The translations under genes and the position numbers were made by a program. Of a stretch of 64,000 bases of DNA, positions 1-10,954 are shown piece after piece. This DNA comes from Nitrosopumilaceae archaeon (GTDB lineage: Archaea; Thermoproteota; Nitrososphaeria; Nitrososphaerales; Nitrosopumilaceae), in the NCBI GenBank assembly GCA_965214835.1, contig CBDCCK010000002.1, forward strand, positions 608,001 through 672,000, read 5' to 3'. The notes below the pieces were generated by a model, which was not told where the DNA came from, did no database searches, and saw only the letters and a list, made by a program, of their open reading frames with translations. The first letter of the stretch is position 1. The number at the start of each line of letters is the position of its first letter.

Positions 1-122
1 CTAGAAAACAGACAGAATTCGTAGCATCAAAGGGTAGATTCCTGCCATGCAAAGCATCCACACCTCCTCAAGGCGTACAGGGAGGGCCCACAAGGGAGAA
101 CGCGACAGGCTGCTGCGGTCAG
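1..122 (+). mobile_element. 5' remnant of an IS630-family element, related to and inverted relative to the copy at 191-1330
   Basis: cgtagcatcaaagggtagattcctgcc resembles the reverse complement of ~1195-1225; translates to ...ERDRLL, like KGDRLL in the neighbouring IS630 N-terminus. Confidence 0.5.
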
Positions 123-190
123 TTCGGGCATGTGGAGTTTGACATACTGCCGCGCAGGACTTCAGTAGGGAACGCGACAGGCTGCTGCGG

Positions 191-1330
191 TCAGCCCGTC
201 AGGTATTGGAACAGCTTTATCGGAAGGAGCTCGCGCTTGGCAAACAGCTTCCGCACTGACCGCTCCACGTCATCAAGCGTCTTGAACATCCTGGCAGACA
301 GCCTCCGCTTTATCTCCCTCCACTGTATCTCTACAGGATTGAGCTCCGGCGTGGACGGCGGCAGGCATTCCAGCATTATCTCGCCATCGTACTTTTCCAG
401 CGTCTCCTTTACGCCGCCGGACTTGTGGTATGACGCATTATCTAGGAATATCAGCACCTTTCCGTATTTTTCGTGCACATTTTCCAAAAAGTCGCAAAAG
501 CTGCCGGTGTTGGCCTTCTCATAGAACATAAAGTAAAACGTCGCAGCTGACAGTACGCCGAATATGTACCGGCGCTGCCGTGACAGGGACGAGGGCACCG
601 TGACGCTCATGCCGCGCTTTGTCCACCCGCGTTTGGGGCTGTTTGAGGTCTTTTGGACGAGGACACGTCCTCTTCCAGCACCGTATACCCTTGTGCCGTC
701 TTTTCCCTGATCAGCTTTTATGATGCATCCTTGAACTCGTTTTGCTTGCGTTTTGAGGCAGCTTTTGGGTTTTTCGGCCTTGATGTCCTCCACGAAAAGC
801 CCAGCTCGTGTGCCAGCAAAAGCGTGCCGCTCCTGCTGTACTGCACGCCGAACTTCTTTCTGATGTGCCGCCTTATCAGGCGCGAGTCCCACAGGCGGCT
901 CTCAAAGCCGCAGGTCTCTGGGCCTGCCTTGAGATCCGCGCCAAGCTGCCTCATCTGCGACTCGCTCAGCTTGTGCTTGCGTCCCCTGCCTGGCCGCTCG
1001 TGTCTTGCGCGTATGCCCTCCTCCCGGGCGCGGATGAGCCACTCTGATATGGCAGACGTTGACCGGCCGAGGTTCTTTGCTATCTGCGATATGCTGTTGC
1101 CGTCCTTGCGCTGTATGTATGCAAGCAGCCTGTCGCCTTTTCTCTTGTTGGTCTCCTTTTTGTATGCCTAGAGGGGGTAGGCGCGTGACGTGTTTGGCAG
1201 GAACTTGCCCTCAGATGCTACGGGTTGCTTTTTCTGTGTGCCCATGTACATATGTATGACTTCCTTGGTCTTTAGATCTTTGGATCAAAAATAGTTGTCA
1301 AAACAATCCGTTTTTTTTTATGTGTTGACT
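191..1330 (-). mobile_element. IS630-family transposase, split into frameshifted pieces
   Basis: HTH part (AYKKETNKRKGDRLL...SEWL...GRGRKHKL), winged-helix part (W...IRRHIRKKFGVQYS...LGFSWRTSRP) and DDE part (IFLDNASYH, PELNPVEIQWREIK) lie in different frames. Confidence 0.85.
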
Positions 1331-1353
1331 ACAACACGACGGACTTTCTTGTC

Positions 1354-1857
1354 ATGGCAACAGGATCAGACGTGTTCTTTCCCAAGTTTTACATGAGGGA
1401 TGGGGATTATGCACATGCCTACAGTATTCTAGGACAGTCCGTCCCGGATGACACGGAGCGGATCTCACGCAGCCTGCTCGTGCTCTACAATTGGATCTCA
1501 GAGATGCGGGAATTGGACATATTTGACAGGTTTGCAGTAGAGTCGGGGGATCTTTACAGGATGATTGAGACATCCGAGTGGCTGATCATGTGCATGGGGG
1601 AAATTTCAAGACATTTGGGCAAAAGGGAGCTTGCAGCAGAGCTGAGCATGCTGCGTAAAAGGATCAGGTACGGGGTAAAAGCGGAGCTAGTTGATCTTGT
1701 CTCGCTAAAAGGCGTTGGCCGCGTAAGGGCAAGGCAGATGTACCGACAGGGAATCAGAACACGCGCCGATATACCGGGCGTCTCGACTGCAAGGCTGTCC
1801 CGGATAGGCAGGATCGGAGCCAAGCTTGCCAAGAGCATAAAGTCACAAGTGCGTTAG
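1354..1857 (+). pseudogene. hel308: C-terminal fragment of Hel308/Hjm Ski2-like helicase, 5'-truncated at the IS630 end
   Basis: ESGDLYRMIETSEWL, RIRYGVKAELVDLVSLKGVGRVRAR (ratchet and HhH domains); no helicase core upstream in the window. Confidence 0.85.
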
Positions 1858-2012
1858 ACCCAGATTGTGGCAGCAGGCGCTTCTGGAAACACGATACTGC
1901 ACAGGCTTGCGCCCGGTTATGCGGCTCGAAATCAGATCAATTACCATGTGAATTTTAAATCAGGAACGCGAAATCTGTGTTTTTTTGCCACTCTACATGA
2001 TGCACCCAAAAG

Positions 2013-2123
2013 GTAACAGCTCGGGCTCTGGAAGTGATTTATGATTTTAGGCACAAATTACATCTGCGAAGATCCCTTTGGCGATAAAATTCATGCCTGA
2101 ACTTCCAGAGCCCGAGCTGTTAC
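2013..2123. mobile_element. 111-bp IS66-derived MITE (family A1)
   Basis: 22-bp TIR gtaacagctcgggctctggaag; 8-bp TSD cccaaaag on both sides. Confidence 0.95.
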
Positions 2124-2129
2124 CCCAAA

Positions 2130-2207
2130 AGACCTTATGCGCAGTCGGTTAAAATCAAAAAAATCAGGCGGCTTTTGCGTCGTTTTTGGCAATTACGCAT
2201 GAGGTCT
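2130..2207. mobile_element. ~80-bp IS5/ISL2-derived MITE (family B)
   Basis: ends agaccttatgcg...cgcatgaggtct match the TIRs of the full elements at 23688-25171 and 60893-63775. Confidence 0.8.
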
Positions 2208-2547
2208 ATGGATATCATATCCAAATCTGTCCTAATCCATCCTTTTGGAAGATTCCTTGTATCAAATTCCGTATTCTTCTACCGATGGTGATATTTGCTC
2301 ATTGTTTTTCCCGTAGTCTGGCTCTTGTTCCATATCTGAATCTGCCCGCCATAGATCCCGTCATCATAACACTATCAGCGGAACCTGTGCATAGAATCCG
2401 CTTCTGCCGGAACTATGTCTTTGGAGCCAGTGGCACCTCGTACTCCTTGCCGTCAGGCATCTTTATTGTGGAAAATGCCATTTTTGGTTTTTCTTCAGGC
2501 ATACCTATGCCAACATGTTACAAAACAGTTTTTGACGGATTTAAATT

Positions 2548-2781
2548 CTAGAATTGTCTGTGAGATCTATGCTGTTCTAGACCTTTTGTGTTTATAGATA
2601 TGATGTATATTTTCTCTTCATCTTCTTTAATGAGATAATTTACTGGCATTTGCATTGTTTCTACTGAATCATCATACTCATCAATAATATCATACTCAAA
2701 CTCTTTGGTAATATCTACATTATTGAGAATGTAATCTATCCAATCGATTACGAAATCCTTTGCACGTTTCTCTAACTTCAA
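2548..2781 (-). CDS. small protein, possible degenerate RelE/ParE-like toxin
   Basis: F..LKLEKRAKDFVIDWIDYILNN...YLIKEDEEKIYIISI pattern; AT-rich; directly downstream of a 63-aa acidic ORF. Confidence 0.35.
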   Translation of the reverse strand: MKLEKRAKDFVIDWIDYILNNVDITKEFEYDIIDEYDDSVETMQMPVNYLIKEDEEKIYIISINTKGLEQHRSHRQF

Positions 2782-2801
2782 AAATTGAAGCAGAAATTTT
2801 T

Positions 2802-2993
2802 TTAGTGTAGATGAGTTTCCACAAGTTCTTTTAATCCATTCAAGTAGGCTTTTGCCTCTAAAACAGATCCCTCAAAAACAATATCTGCCGTTCCGTCTTT
2901 TAGTTGCTCTTCGAATTGTTGCTGCTCTATCATCTGTTCCTTGGTAAACACCAGTTGCTGTACTGCGCACTGCGAATTATTCGATTCCAACAT
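2802..2993 (-). CDS. small acidic protein, possible antitoxin
   Basis: 63 aa, acidic, C-terminal FEGSVLEAKAYLNGL helix; upstream AT-rich tttaaata TATA-like sequence. Confidence 0.4.
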   Translation of the reverse strand: MLESNNSQCAVQQLVFTKEQMIEQQQFEEQLKDGTADIVFEGSVLEAKAYLNGLKELVETHLH

Positions 2994-3164
2994 GTGTATT
3001 TTTCTCTAAAAAATGTATTTAAACGCTTCTAAAAATCGGAGCTGGGACATTAACGGGTGTTTGTTCTCCTTGGGACACGCCGGGTGCTGGAAATCGCCGA
3101 TTGGGTCGTGTAATCTTCGTGATATGGATCTTCTCTCGATTCAAGTCTGATTCGCCTCCCTGCT

Positions 3165-3340
3165 CAGTGGGGCCTTTCGTTTCTCTTTGCGGGTCTTATA
3201 ACGGGCACGCGGCAGCTCTCTGCAATCAGCCGGCAGTTCTCGTACGAGTCGTATGCCAAGTCTAGCTCTACGATGCCGTATCCGTCCCGGAGAGTTGATT
3301 CGAAATTAGAAGATCCTGATTATTTGTGAACGAATTTGCA
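3165..3340 (-). pseudogene. DDE transposase remnant (IS5/IS4-like)
   Basis: minus-strand translation ...VELDLAYDSYENCRLIAESCRVPVIRP resembles the D-x-AYDS catalytic motif. Confidence 0.4.
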
Positions 3341-3809
3341 TAAAACGGTTCAAAATACCAACAAAGCGCAAACTGCCTGTGAAATTACTTGAAAAATCCA
3401 TACGGCTTCTCATTTCGGATCACCTCCCAGAATCCCCGCCCAAGTCCCTGTCTCTTATATTTATGGGATTGGTCAGCTAAGTGAAAAGTACCCCAGCCAG
3501 GCAGAAAACCAAGAAAATTAGACCGTCTTGACAACACTGGCAAATGGTACAACTTCAGGTCCTATTTAAAGCGCCCAGGGAACTTTTTGTCCGGAACTTT
3601 TTGATCCTTCCGCATCCGTTGTGACAGACCCGTTGCATCACCACACATCCTTTGTACATGCCAGAACCGGCGCCGTGCAGGCAACACATTGACAGACGGC
3701 ACCTGCAGGCAATCAGAAACTGTTGCATTCGGTGCCGTTGACTGGCAGATTCAGCCGGATCCTTCGATATGAGGCTACGGGTTACGCCGTCCCGTAGGCG
3801 CCAGACGGA

Positions 3810-5385
3810 TCAAAGTGCCATCGGGGCTACGGGTACGACGGCCGTCTGGTTCCAGCGTACCGCCCCCTTGCCTGCACCTGCTGCAGGCGGCCACACCGGC
3901 GGCGGCCCGGGACACTCAAAGACACTGTATCTTGTACCGTCCGTATTGACAAGCGAGGACAGCAGGTGCGCGTCATCCTTGGCCCCTGCAAAGATATCCC
4001 AGCCCGGATCCCGCAGGTATTTCAAGAGTCCACCGGCAGGATGTATGTTTTGCTTGCGGCATGTCATCGAGAACGTCAGCAGCGCAGAAGCCGTCTTTCT
4101 TCCCCCGTCAGTTACGATCTTGTGGCGCGCATTGCGCTGTGGTATGATCCCGTCGCGTATGCATCGCTCCGTATCGTTGTTGTGCGGCGGCATTCCCGGA
4201 CGCGCTAGAAACGTAAACATGTTGGGTATGGCGTTTAGCAGGTGTGTACGCACGTGATCGTCCTCATACGGGCTGATTATTTTGTATGCCTCCCTTGAAA
4301 GCTCCATGTATGTAAGCGACGCAAGCGTCTTTGATCTTTTTTACCTCCCTGTAAAATTCCAGCAGCAAGTCATACCTTTTCCCATCATCGCCTTCGGGCA
4401 TCTTTACTGCAAGCTTTTCTGCATACGCCAGAAGGTGCCTCCAGCACCTCTGGATTATCTCAAAGAACAGCTTGTACTGGGCCAGCCCGTCGACGACTGT
4501 GGGAACCCTGGGATCCAGCCATCCAAAGTGCGTGTGCAGTACCTCAGAGGACCGGGAATCTGCAAAGACCACAAAGCACGCCCCCGCACAGTTGAGCACC
4601 CAGACGTACCCCGTGTGTCCGTCGCCGCGCTTAAAGCCGGTCTCGTCCATCTGTATCCACGGCCTGCCCGCAATGAATGTCTGTATGCATTGTATCATGT
4701 TTTGCCGGAGTGCCTCTGCCACTGCGTGCCGGGCGGCAGTCACGGTATTTGGGGCCATCTTGAATCCAAACATATACTGAAAGTACTCTGCAATGTCCTC
4801 GTCTATGTTTCCCTTCTCAAAGAACATCATGATTAGAGAGAGTGAGACGGGCCCAAGTGACGTGCCGCCTAGAAACGGGGTAGCTGCGACATGCACGGTA
4901 TTGCACTGTGGACACACCGCGTTTTGGATGATGGCATTGGCAGTAATCATGCGCATGGAGCCGTCCAGATCGTTGACAAGCTTGTGGATCGGCTTGAACA
5001 TCCGTAACTGGATGTTGCACTTTGGGCATATTTTGAAATCAAGATCGTACCTTAATGTCATGGATGGCCGGTTGCCGTGCGATGTACCATGGTGTCCGCA
5101 CGGAGGGCCGCGTTTCTTGCCCCTGGCCGCATCGCCGGGACTGCCGCCGGGATCCTCGCCCCTTTTCTCCCTGAACTTTTTTCTGACATCATTGTATAAT
5201 GACGGCGTGGACGTGGGCATGTTGGGACTCTCGTACAGGGCAAGCCTTGCCTGAAGCTCAGCATTCTCCTTCTTGACAATAGAGAGTTCTTTTTCCAGCC
5301 CGGAGATCTTCTCATCTTGCTCCATGATCATGACAAGTGCCTTTCTAGGATCCGTACAGCGTGCAAGCACGGCTTTGGAGTCCAT
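3810..5385 (-). mobile_element. IS66-family transposase (TnpC-like), frameshifted near 4300
   Basis: coiled coil plus GPPCGHHG, CPKC/CPQC Zn finger, QMDETG, QRCWRHL, PPHNNDTERCIR. Confidence 0.9.
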
Positions 5386-5589
5386 ATGTTACATCAGACA
5401 GGCAAGATCAAAAAAGATTTCCATCGAAATTCTTTGACCAAGATGCCGATATTATGTCACTCCCGTAAACTCCAAACCTGCAATGTCTGATCACAAATGT
5501 CTGATGTTCAGCCATGTTCGCAGGGGCATCTGATCATAAGATGCTGCCCAAAAATGTTTGACTGTCAGTATAAAAAGGACCTGAAGTTG

Positions 5590-6167
5590 TACCTCAAACG
5601 CAATGTGGCACACAGACTGGCACGAAATGAAGGATCCACGCCTACAAAAGCTCAATCTGGTGGCATATCTTGACGATTCCTCGCGGTGCATAACCGGATT
5701 CGGCGTATTTGAGCACGCGACCTCGGAGAACGCAGTCTTGGTGCTGCGCAAGGCAATCAGGCAGTTCGGGACGCCGGCCCAGATACTCTCAGATAACGGC
5801 AGCTGCTTTACGTCGGCCAGGCGCGGTACCCCCCGGGGCAGCTGGACGCCCACGCTGTTTGAGGACGAGCTGTTGGAGCGCAACATCACCCTGCTCAACT
5901 CGCGTCCGTACCACCCCCAGACCAACGGCAAGCTGGAGAGGTGGTTCGGAACGCTTGAGAAGGAGCTGACGCACTTTGACAAAGTAGACGAGTTCATCGA
6001 GTTCTACAACGAGCGCAGGACGCACTGGTCGCTTGACATCAAGCATGCCGAGACTCCCAGGATGGCGTTCCGGAGCCGGGAGGCCACAAAAGCGATCAGG
6101 AAAAGCGACCCGGAATGGATGGAGAAGGATACTAATGAGGGGCGGAACTAATTTTCATATGAAACAC
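5590..6167 (+). mobile_element. IS481-family transposase, 3' half
   Basis: MWHTDW, DDSSR, ILSDNGSCF, PYHPQTNGKLER; ends in ctaattttcatatgaaaca, also seen at ~12461. Confidence 0.85.
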
Positions 6168-6169
6168 TC

Positions 6170-6600
6170 AGGAGGGGATTGTCGGGATCCTCGTCAATCT
6201 TCCTGCCCAACTCCAGGTGAACAAACTCGTTACGGCAGTTCAGCAGATTGGGATCAGAATCAAAGTCTAGCCGTGAAGCCATCGTCTTGTCCTTGATGTG
6301 GGAAATAATCTCGGGGCGCTCGTGGTTTGTCCTAGTCGGCCACGTCTGGTTTATGGTCACCTTGAGCTCTGCCATCTCCCTTCCGGCATGGTGATAGACG
6401 CGATTCTCTCGGAGGTATGCCTCACCGGCCTCCTTGAGCGTTATGATGTCGCGCTTTTTTTCAGCCAGGATCTGCTCTGCGATATCATGTGGCTTGGGTC
6501 TCTCCTCCTGCTCTGCTCCGGTTTCCCTGGATTTCTTTGGTTTCTTGGGTTTCTTCAGCTCCTCCAGCTGCAGGACAGCCGCAAGCTTGCCATGTGCGAT
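6170..6600 (-). pseudogene. phage/plasmid D5/P4-type primase-helicase, N-terminal fragment
   Basis: HDIAEQILAEKKRDIITLKEAGEAYL...FDSDPNLLNCRNEFVHLELGRK..EDPD matches the D5_N-type D..P.LLN..NG.VDL motif. Confidence 0.6.
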
Positions 6601-6682
6601 TAGACTTTATGCGTAATCGACCTGAATGAGATGAATTTGTTCGTAACAATCCTAGATCTGAGCCGATTACGCATAAAGTCTA
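6601..6682. mobile_element. 82-bp IS5/ISL2-derived MITE (family B)
   Basis: perfect TIR tagactttatgcgtaatcg / cgattacgcataaagtcta. Confidence 0.95.
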
Positions 6683-6820
6683 GTACTTGGGCACGCTTGC
6701 CCTATTCTGTAGTAAGACCGAGGCGCAGAACTCAAGTGCAGCCCTGGCGTCTGGATCCGGCATGATCTCCTCCAGGAACTTCAGGAATTTTTTTGGACTC
6801 GCCTGCATCCGGCAAAGCTG
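6683..6820 (-). pseudogene. second D5/P4 primase-helicase fragment
   Basis: KKFLKFLEEIMPDPDARAALEFCASVL resembles the linker preceding the SF3 helicase domain. Confidence 0.45.
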
Positions 6821-6954
6821 ACATCAGGCTGCCGCGGCTCTACGATCAACACGTGCGGGGACAGGACTGGGCCGAGCTATCAAGCCAGGCTGCAGCCCCG
6901 CTCAAACCCCAGCAGCAAAACCTGCGCCTGCATGCTGCAGCGGCCCACATCCCA

Positions 6955-9900
6955 CTACACTGCCCGGCCCTGCCTTTTTACCGAGCCTCCCAGCTTTATG
7001 AAGACTGCCACCGCAGTCCCGACTGCTGCCACGACCGGTATGCCCACCGCGAGCATGTCTGGCGGTCCGCCCCCAGAGCCGGCAGCATCCGGACTGCCAG
7101 CTGCGGGTGCACCGCCTGCCGCGGGCCGGGCGGCATAGTCTTTTACAAGCGTAAAGTGCTTCGTGGAGCGGTTTCCGTCAGAGTCCCATGCGGTGACGTT
7201 GAGGACATAGATCCCGTCGGGCAGGCCGCCAAGGTCAAGCCCGTCTCCGGCGACGAACAGCTCCGTCGAGTTTGCAAGAAACCTCACCCCCTCCAGATCA
7301 TCGTCGCTTATCCTAGGGAGGATTGCCGTCTGGGGCAGGACGGTCCCGGGCACGTCCAGCTCGATCAGCGGCGGGGGGTTCTGGATGCCGATGTTTGAAA
7401 ACCTTGCCAGCATGGAGATAGGCTCGGTGGTGTGGTTTCCTGCAAACAGCGTCGAGTGCACCATAAAGCTGTGTATCCCCGTCTGGTTTATGGGTACATG
7501 CAGCACAGTCGAGGTGTCGTCTTTGTTCTTGACGGGGAAGAACCCGCCGCCCTGGCTGAACGGGGACGTCCCAAGCCAGTCAAGGGAGGGCCAGCTCATA
7601 AAGTGTCCGAACACCCCGGAGGGCACGTTGGTCTGGATGATGCGGCCGCCTGGATCCACTGCAAATACCGCAAGGTTGGTGTCGCGATCCTCCCAGAAGA
7701 ACTCCACGGATGCCGAGTTGATGTCCGGACTCTGGATGTCAAAGTAGTAGTGCCTCCAGTCCCCTGCCATGTAGCGGTTGGCCATGTCAAAGGCGCCCTT
7801 GACATAGCCTGTGCCGTGCATGACATCCCGGCTATATGTGCCCCCCACCCTGACTGAGGACTCGCCGCGGACGGGCTCGGCTACGACATAGCTTACCGGC
7901 ACGCTGGCCGAGTGCCCGTCGCTCTCAAAGGTCAAAAACCCCGAGTAGACCCCGGTCTGCGCGTCGGGCGGGACGACGACGGTGACATCGAGGCTTTCAG
8001 AGCCCCCCGGCGGGACCGATAGGGCGTCTTTGGCAACCCACGCCGGATCCCACTCCGTGCTGCCATAGAAGGTGGACGTGAGCGTATAGTTCATCGACGT
8101 CGCGTTGCTTTGCGTGTCGCCAATCCAGAACGAGAACCTTGTAGGCACGGGGTATATTCCGACTAGCGGCGTGCCCTCAAACCTTTCTGCCGGCTCGCTC
8201 ACGCGGAGCTCCTGCACCGTCCCCCACGATCCTCCCCTAGCAACCATGGACAGCTCGTCGCTTGTGGCCTGCGTGTTGTTGTTTTTGTCAGTCCAGTCAT
8301 AAACGTACAGGGAGGAGATCCTCAGGTCCTCGGCATAGATGTCGTTGGTCTTGTTCATGAACTCGCCGAACGGGAAGCTGAGGCTGAGGATCATCAGCTC
8401 AGAGTCGGGGGGGATCCGTACCTCGTCTGTGTAAAACGAGCCAAGATCCGTGTAGTTTTTGACGTTGGAGAGCGGGACATAGTCGGGCCGGTAGGCGCCC
8501 GGGTCATCGAGGATCCTGTCCCGCAGGTGCGGCCTTGTATGGCCTGCATGGGAGGTCTGCTGGACCATCTCAAGCGTCCTTGTTCCGACTGAGACCCGCA
8601 TCTCCTCGTCAGAAGGGTTCTCAACCGTAAAGCTTGCCGTGGCGCGCCCCCCCGGGTGCAGGCTGCCTGCAAACCAGCTGGTCATCGGAAAGCTCTTCTC
8701 GGGCAGCGAGACGCGCTGCAGGTTCAGGGCCGTCGAGTTGAGCTCATCAAGCGGGGCGGCCAGAACCGACCTGATGTTTTCAAACGAGGCGTCGTTGTGG
8801 ACGAGGAACACGTCCTGCCCCTCTGCGTACCTTACTGCGTCGCGGACGTTGAGCAGCCCGGCTCCCTGCGTGAACGGGTCGTTTTGCAGGTCGGTAGCAG
8901 AGGACATCAGTATGTTTTTGATAAGGAAGGGGTCATAGTCCATGTTGTTCTCGATGAGGCCCTGCATTAGTATGGCGGCGCCTCCCGAGACGAGGGGGGC
9001 TGCCATGCTCGTGCCCCCAAACATGGAGAACGGCTCGCTTGCGGAGTTTTTTTCAAGCCGCAGCACGTTTGAGGGGGTAAAGCCGTGGGCCCCGATGCTC
9101 ATCAGGTCAGGCTTGGGATCGCCGATTATGCCGGGGCCGCGGCTGGAAAAGTCAGCGACGTGGCCGTGGTGATCGGTGGTGTTTCCAAACCTCGGCTGGC
9201 CCTTGAAGGGGCCGTATCCGACAAACACGTTGTTGGTAGTTGCGCCGACTGAGACTCCAAACGGCGAGGAGTTGGGCATGGCCATGGTTCCGTACCCGTG
9301 GCCGGAGTTTCCGGCGCTTACCACCATCAGGACGCCCGGAAAGTCATCATCCAGCGAGTTGGGGGTGGAGAGGACCCCCAGGATCAGGGAGACCACGTCT
9401 AGGCCTGGTGCCGAGCCGATGATCGGAAAGTTTGAGACGCCCCAGCTGTTTGAGACTATCTGCGCGCGCGGCTCCCCGGTGAACCTCCACCGGACGTCGT
9501 CGTTGTCAAATCCGGCCGCCCACAGCCACGAGTAGACCACGTCACCAAACCACAGGGACTTGATCGGCAGGATTTTCGCATCCGGGGCGACGCCGGTGAT
9601 CGCGTGCTTGCCGGTATCGTTGTAGATGTCATACTCGGTGCCTCCCCGTGAGGCAATCACCGCCGCGCTAGAGGTGCCGTGGCCCTGAAAGTCCGTCATC
9701 ACGCCAAAATAGTTGCCGTCCGGATCCAGGGGATGCAGGAGCGTTCCGTTGACTGCAAGGGCGTCATCGTCGATGGTGGCAGTCTTGTTTGTCATTATGC
9801 CGTAGACGTCCAGGACCTGCGCGCCTATGGCGCCTGCGCTATAGTCGTCCCTTCCGTCCCCGTCCGAGTCATATACAAGGAACTCGTTTCCGCTGCCCAG

Positions 9901-10926
9901 CACGATTGAGCGCTCGTCGGTAAAGTCAAAGTCATAGTCTGGCAGGTCGGGCTCCCCATGGCGGGTATAGTCCTCCCAGGAGGTGGTAAGATCCGGGGTT
10001 ATGGTGTCATACAGGCCTGCGATGTTGGGGTCGGTGACCAGCACGGGGACGACCTGGATGCGCGGATATGCGCCGGACAGCGCCCCCTGGTACATCAGGC
10101 CCAGGTGGTATATGCCGCTCTTTGAGGCAAGATAGTCGCTGTAGCTCTTGCCTATCCTCATGTCCTCAGTCAGCGTGCCGTTGAAGACGGGTCCGTCGCC
10201 GGCAAGCGGGAAGAGCGAGTTGTATACCTGCAGGACGGTCCCGCCGCCGCCCTGCCTTATGTCCAAAAAGACGCCGTCTGTGGTGCGGTACACCTTGGAC
10301 GTTGCGTTCCCGGGTACGGGCTGGGTATAGTTTCGGATCGCGCCGTGCTGGTCAATATACGCATAAAACGTCGCGTTGGTTATCACGATGCCCTGGCCGT
10401 CCGCATCCAGCATTACGGGGTGGTTCCTCGAGTCGCGCGCAAGCGAGTCCCGCATGTCCGGATTGGAAAAGTCCACCCCCGTATCTACTACTGCTATCGT
10501 GATGCCACTTCCCGAATACCCAAAGTCGTCGCGCACGTCCTGGGCGCGCGTGATTTGGCCGATCCGGGAGGCGTCCTGCGCGTCAAAGTCCAGCATAAAG
10601 TCCTCGATTACGCGGTATCCCTGGCTTTGCAGGAGCGGCACAGACTGCCCGGACACCAGCATGACCGAGAAGAACCCGTTGGAGGAGCCGGCATGGTACA
10701 GCGCGGCGCCCGTGCCCGGCACCGCCGGGGGGCCGCCCGGTCCGAAGACCAGGACGCGCTTGAGTGCGGTCTGCTGCAGGGCCTCCGGGGGCACCTCGAA
10801 TATTCCCGTGGAGATCCCGGTGCTGCGCCCCTCCGGTAGCGGATCCTCAAAGAATGCGTGCGAGTGCGGGAGTGCCGCGCCGAGTAATCCAAGCAACAGC
10901 AGGGCGATTGCCGCTGTGGGCGCCAT
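6955..10926 (-). CDS. membrane-anchored subtilisin-like S8 serine protease (thaumarchaeal type)
   Basis: signal peptide; catalytic motifs VVDTG, GHGT, SAGNSG, GGTSMAAP; C-terminal TM helix plus basic tail. Confidence 0.95.
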   Translation of the reverse strand: MAPTAAIALLLLGLLGAALPHSHAFFEDPLPEGRSTGISTGIFEVPPEALQQTALKRVLVFGPGGPPAVPGTGAALYHAGSSNGFFSVMLVSGQSVPLLQSQGYRVIEDFMLDFDAQDASRIGQITRAQDVRDDFGYSGSGITIAVVDTGVDFSNPDMRDSLARDSRNHPVMLDADGQGIVITNATFYAYIDQHGAIRNYTQPVPGNATSKVYRTTDGVFLDIRQGGGGTVLQVYNSLFPLAGDGPVFNGTLTEDMRIGKSYSDYLASKSGIYHLGLMYQGALSGAYPRIQVVPVLVTDPNIAGLYDTITPDLTTSWEDYTRHGEPDLPDYDFDFTDERSIVLGSGNEFLVYDSDGDGRDDYSAGAIGAQVLDVYGIMTNKTATIDDDALAVNGTLLHPLDPDGNYFGVMTDFQGHGTSSAAVIASRGGTEYDIYNDTGKHAITGVAPDAKILPIKSLWFGDVVYSWLWAAGFDNDDVRWRFTGEPRAQIVSNSWGVSNFPIIGSAPGLDVVSLILGVLSTPNSLDDDFPGVLMVVSAGNSGHGYGTMAMPNSSPFGVSVGATTNNVFVGYGPFKGQPRFGNTTDHHGHVADFSSRGPGIIGDPKPDLMSIGAHGFTPSNVLRLEKNSASEPFSMFGGTSMAAPLVSGGAAILMQGLIENNMDYDPFLIKNILMSSATDLQNDPFTQGAGLLNVRDAVRYAEGQDVFLVHNDASFENIRSVLAAPLDELNSTALNLQRVSLPEKSFPMTSWFAGSLHPGGRATASFTVENPSDEEMRVSVGTRTLEMVQQTSHAGHTRPHLRDRILDDPGAYRPDYVPLSNVKNYTDLGSFYTDEVRIPPDSELMILSLSFPFGEFMNKTNDIYAEDLRISSLYVYDWTDKNNNTQATSDELSMVARGGSWGTVQELRVSEPAERFEGTPLVGIYPVPTRFSFWIGDTQSNATSMNYTLTSTFYGSTEWDPAWVAKDALSVPPGGSESLDVTVVVPPDAQTGVYSGFLTFESDGHSASVPVSYVVAEPVRGESSVRVGGTYSRDVMHGTGYVKGAFDMANRYMAGDWRHYYFDIQSPDINSASVEFFWEDRDTNLAVFAVDPGGRIIQTNVPSGVFGHFMSWPSLDWLGTSPFSQGGGFFPVKNKDDTSTVLHVPINQTGIHSFMVHSTLFAGNHTTEPISMLARFSNIGIQNPPPLIELDVPGTVLPQTAILPRISDDDLEGVRFLANSTELFVAGDGLDLGGLPDGIYVLNVTAWDSDGNRSTKHFTLVKDYAARPAAGGAPAAGSPDAAGSGGGPPDMLAVGIPVVAAVGTAVAVFIKLGGSVKRQGRAV

Positions 10927-10954
10927 AATAGTAGGCCCGGCGCGTACAATATAA

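Noticed and set aside
98-194. mini-CRISPR (25-bp repeat, 47-bp spacer)
   Set aside because: Only two units, and the repeat is IS630 coding sequence.
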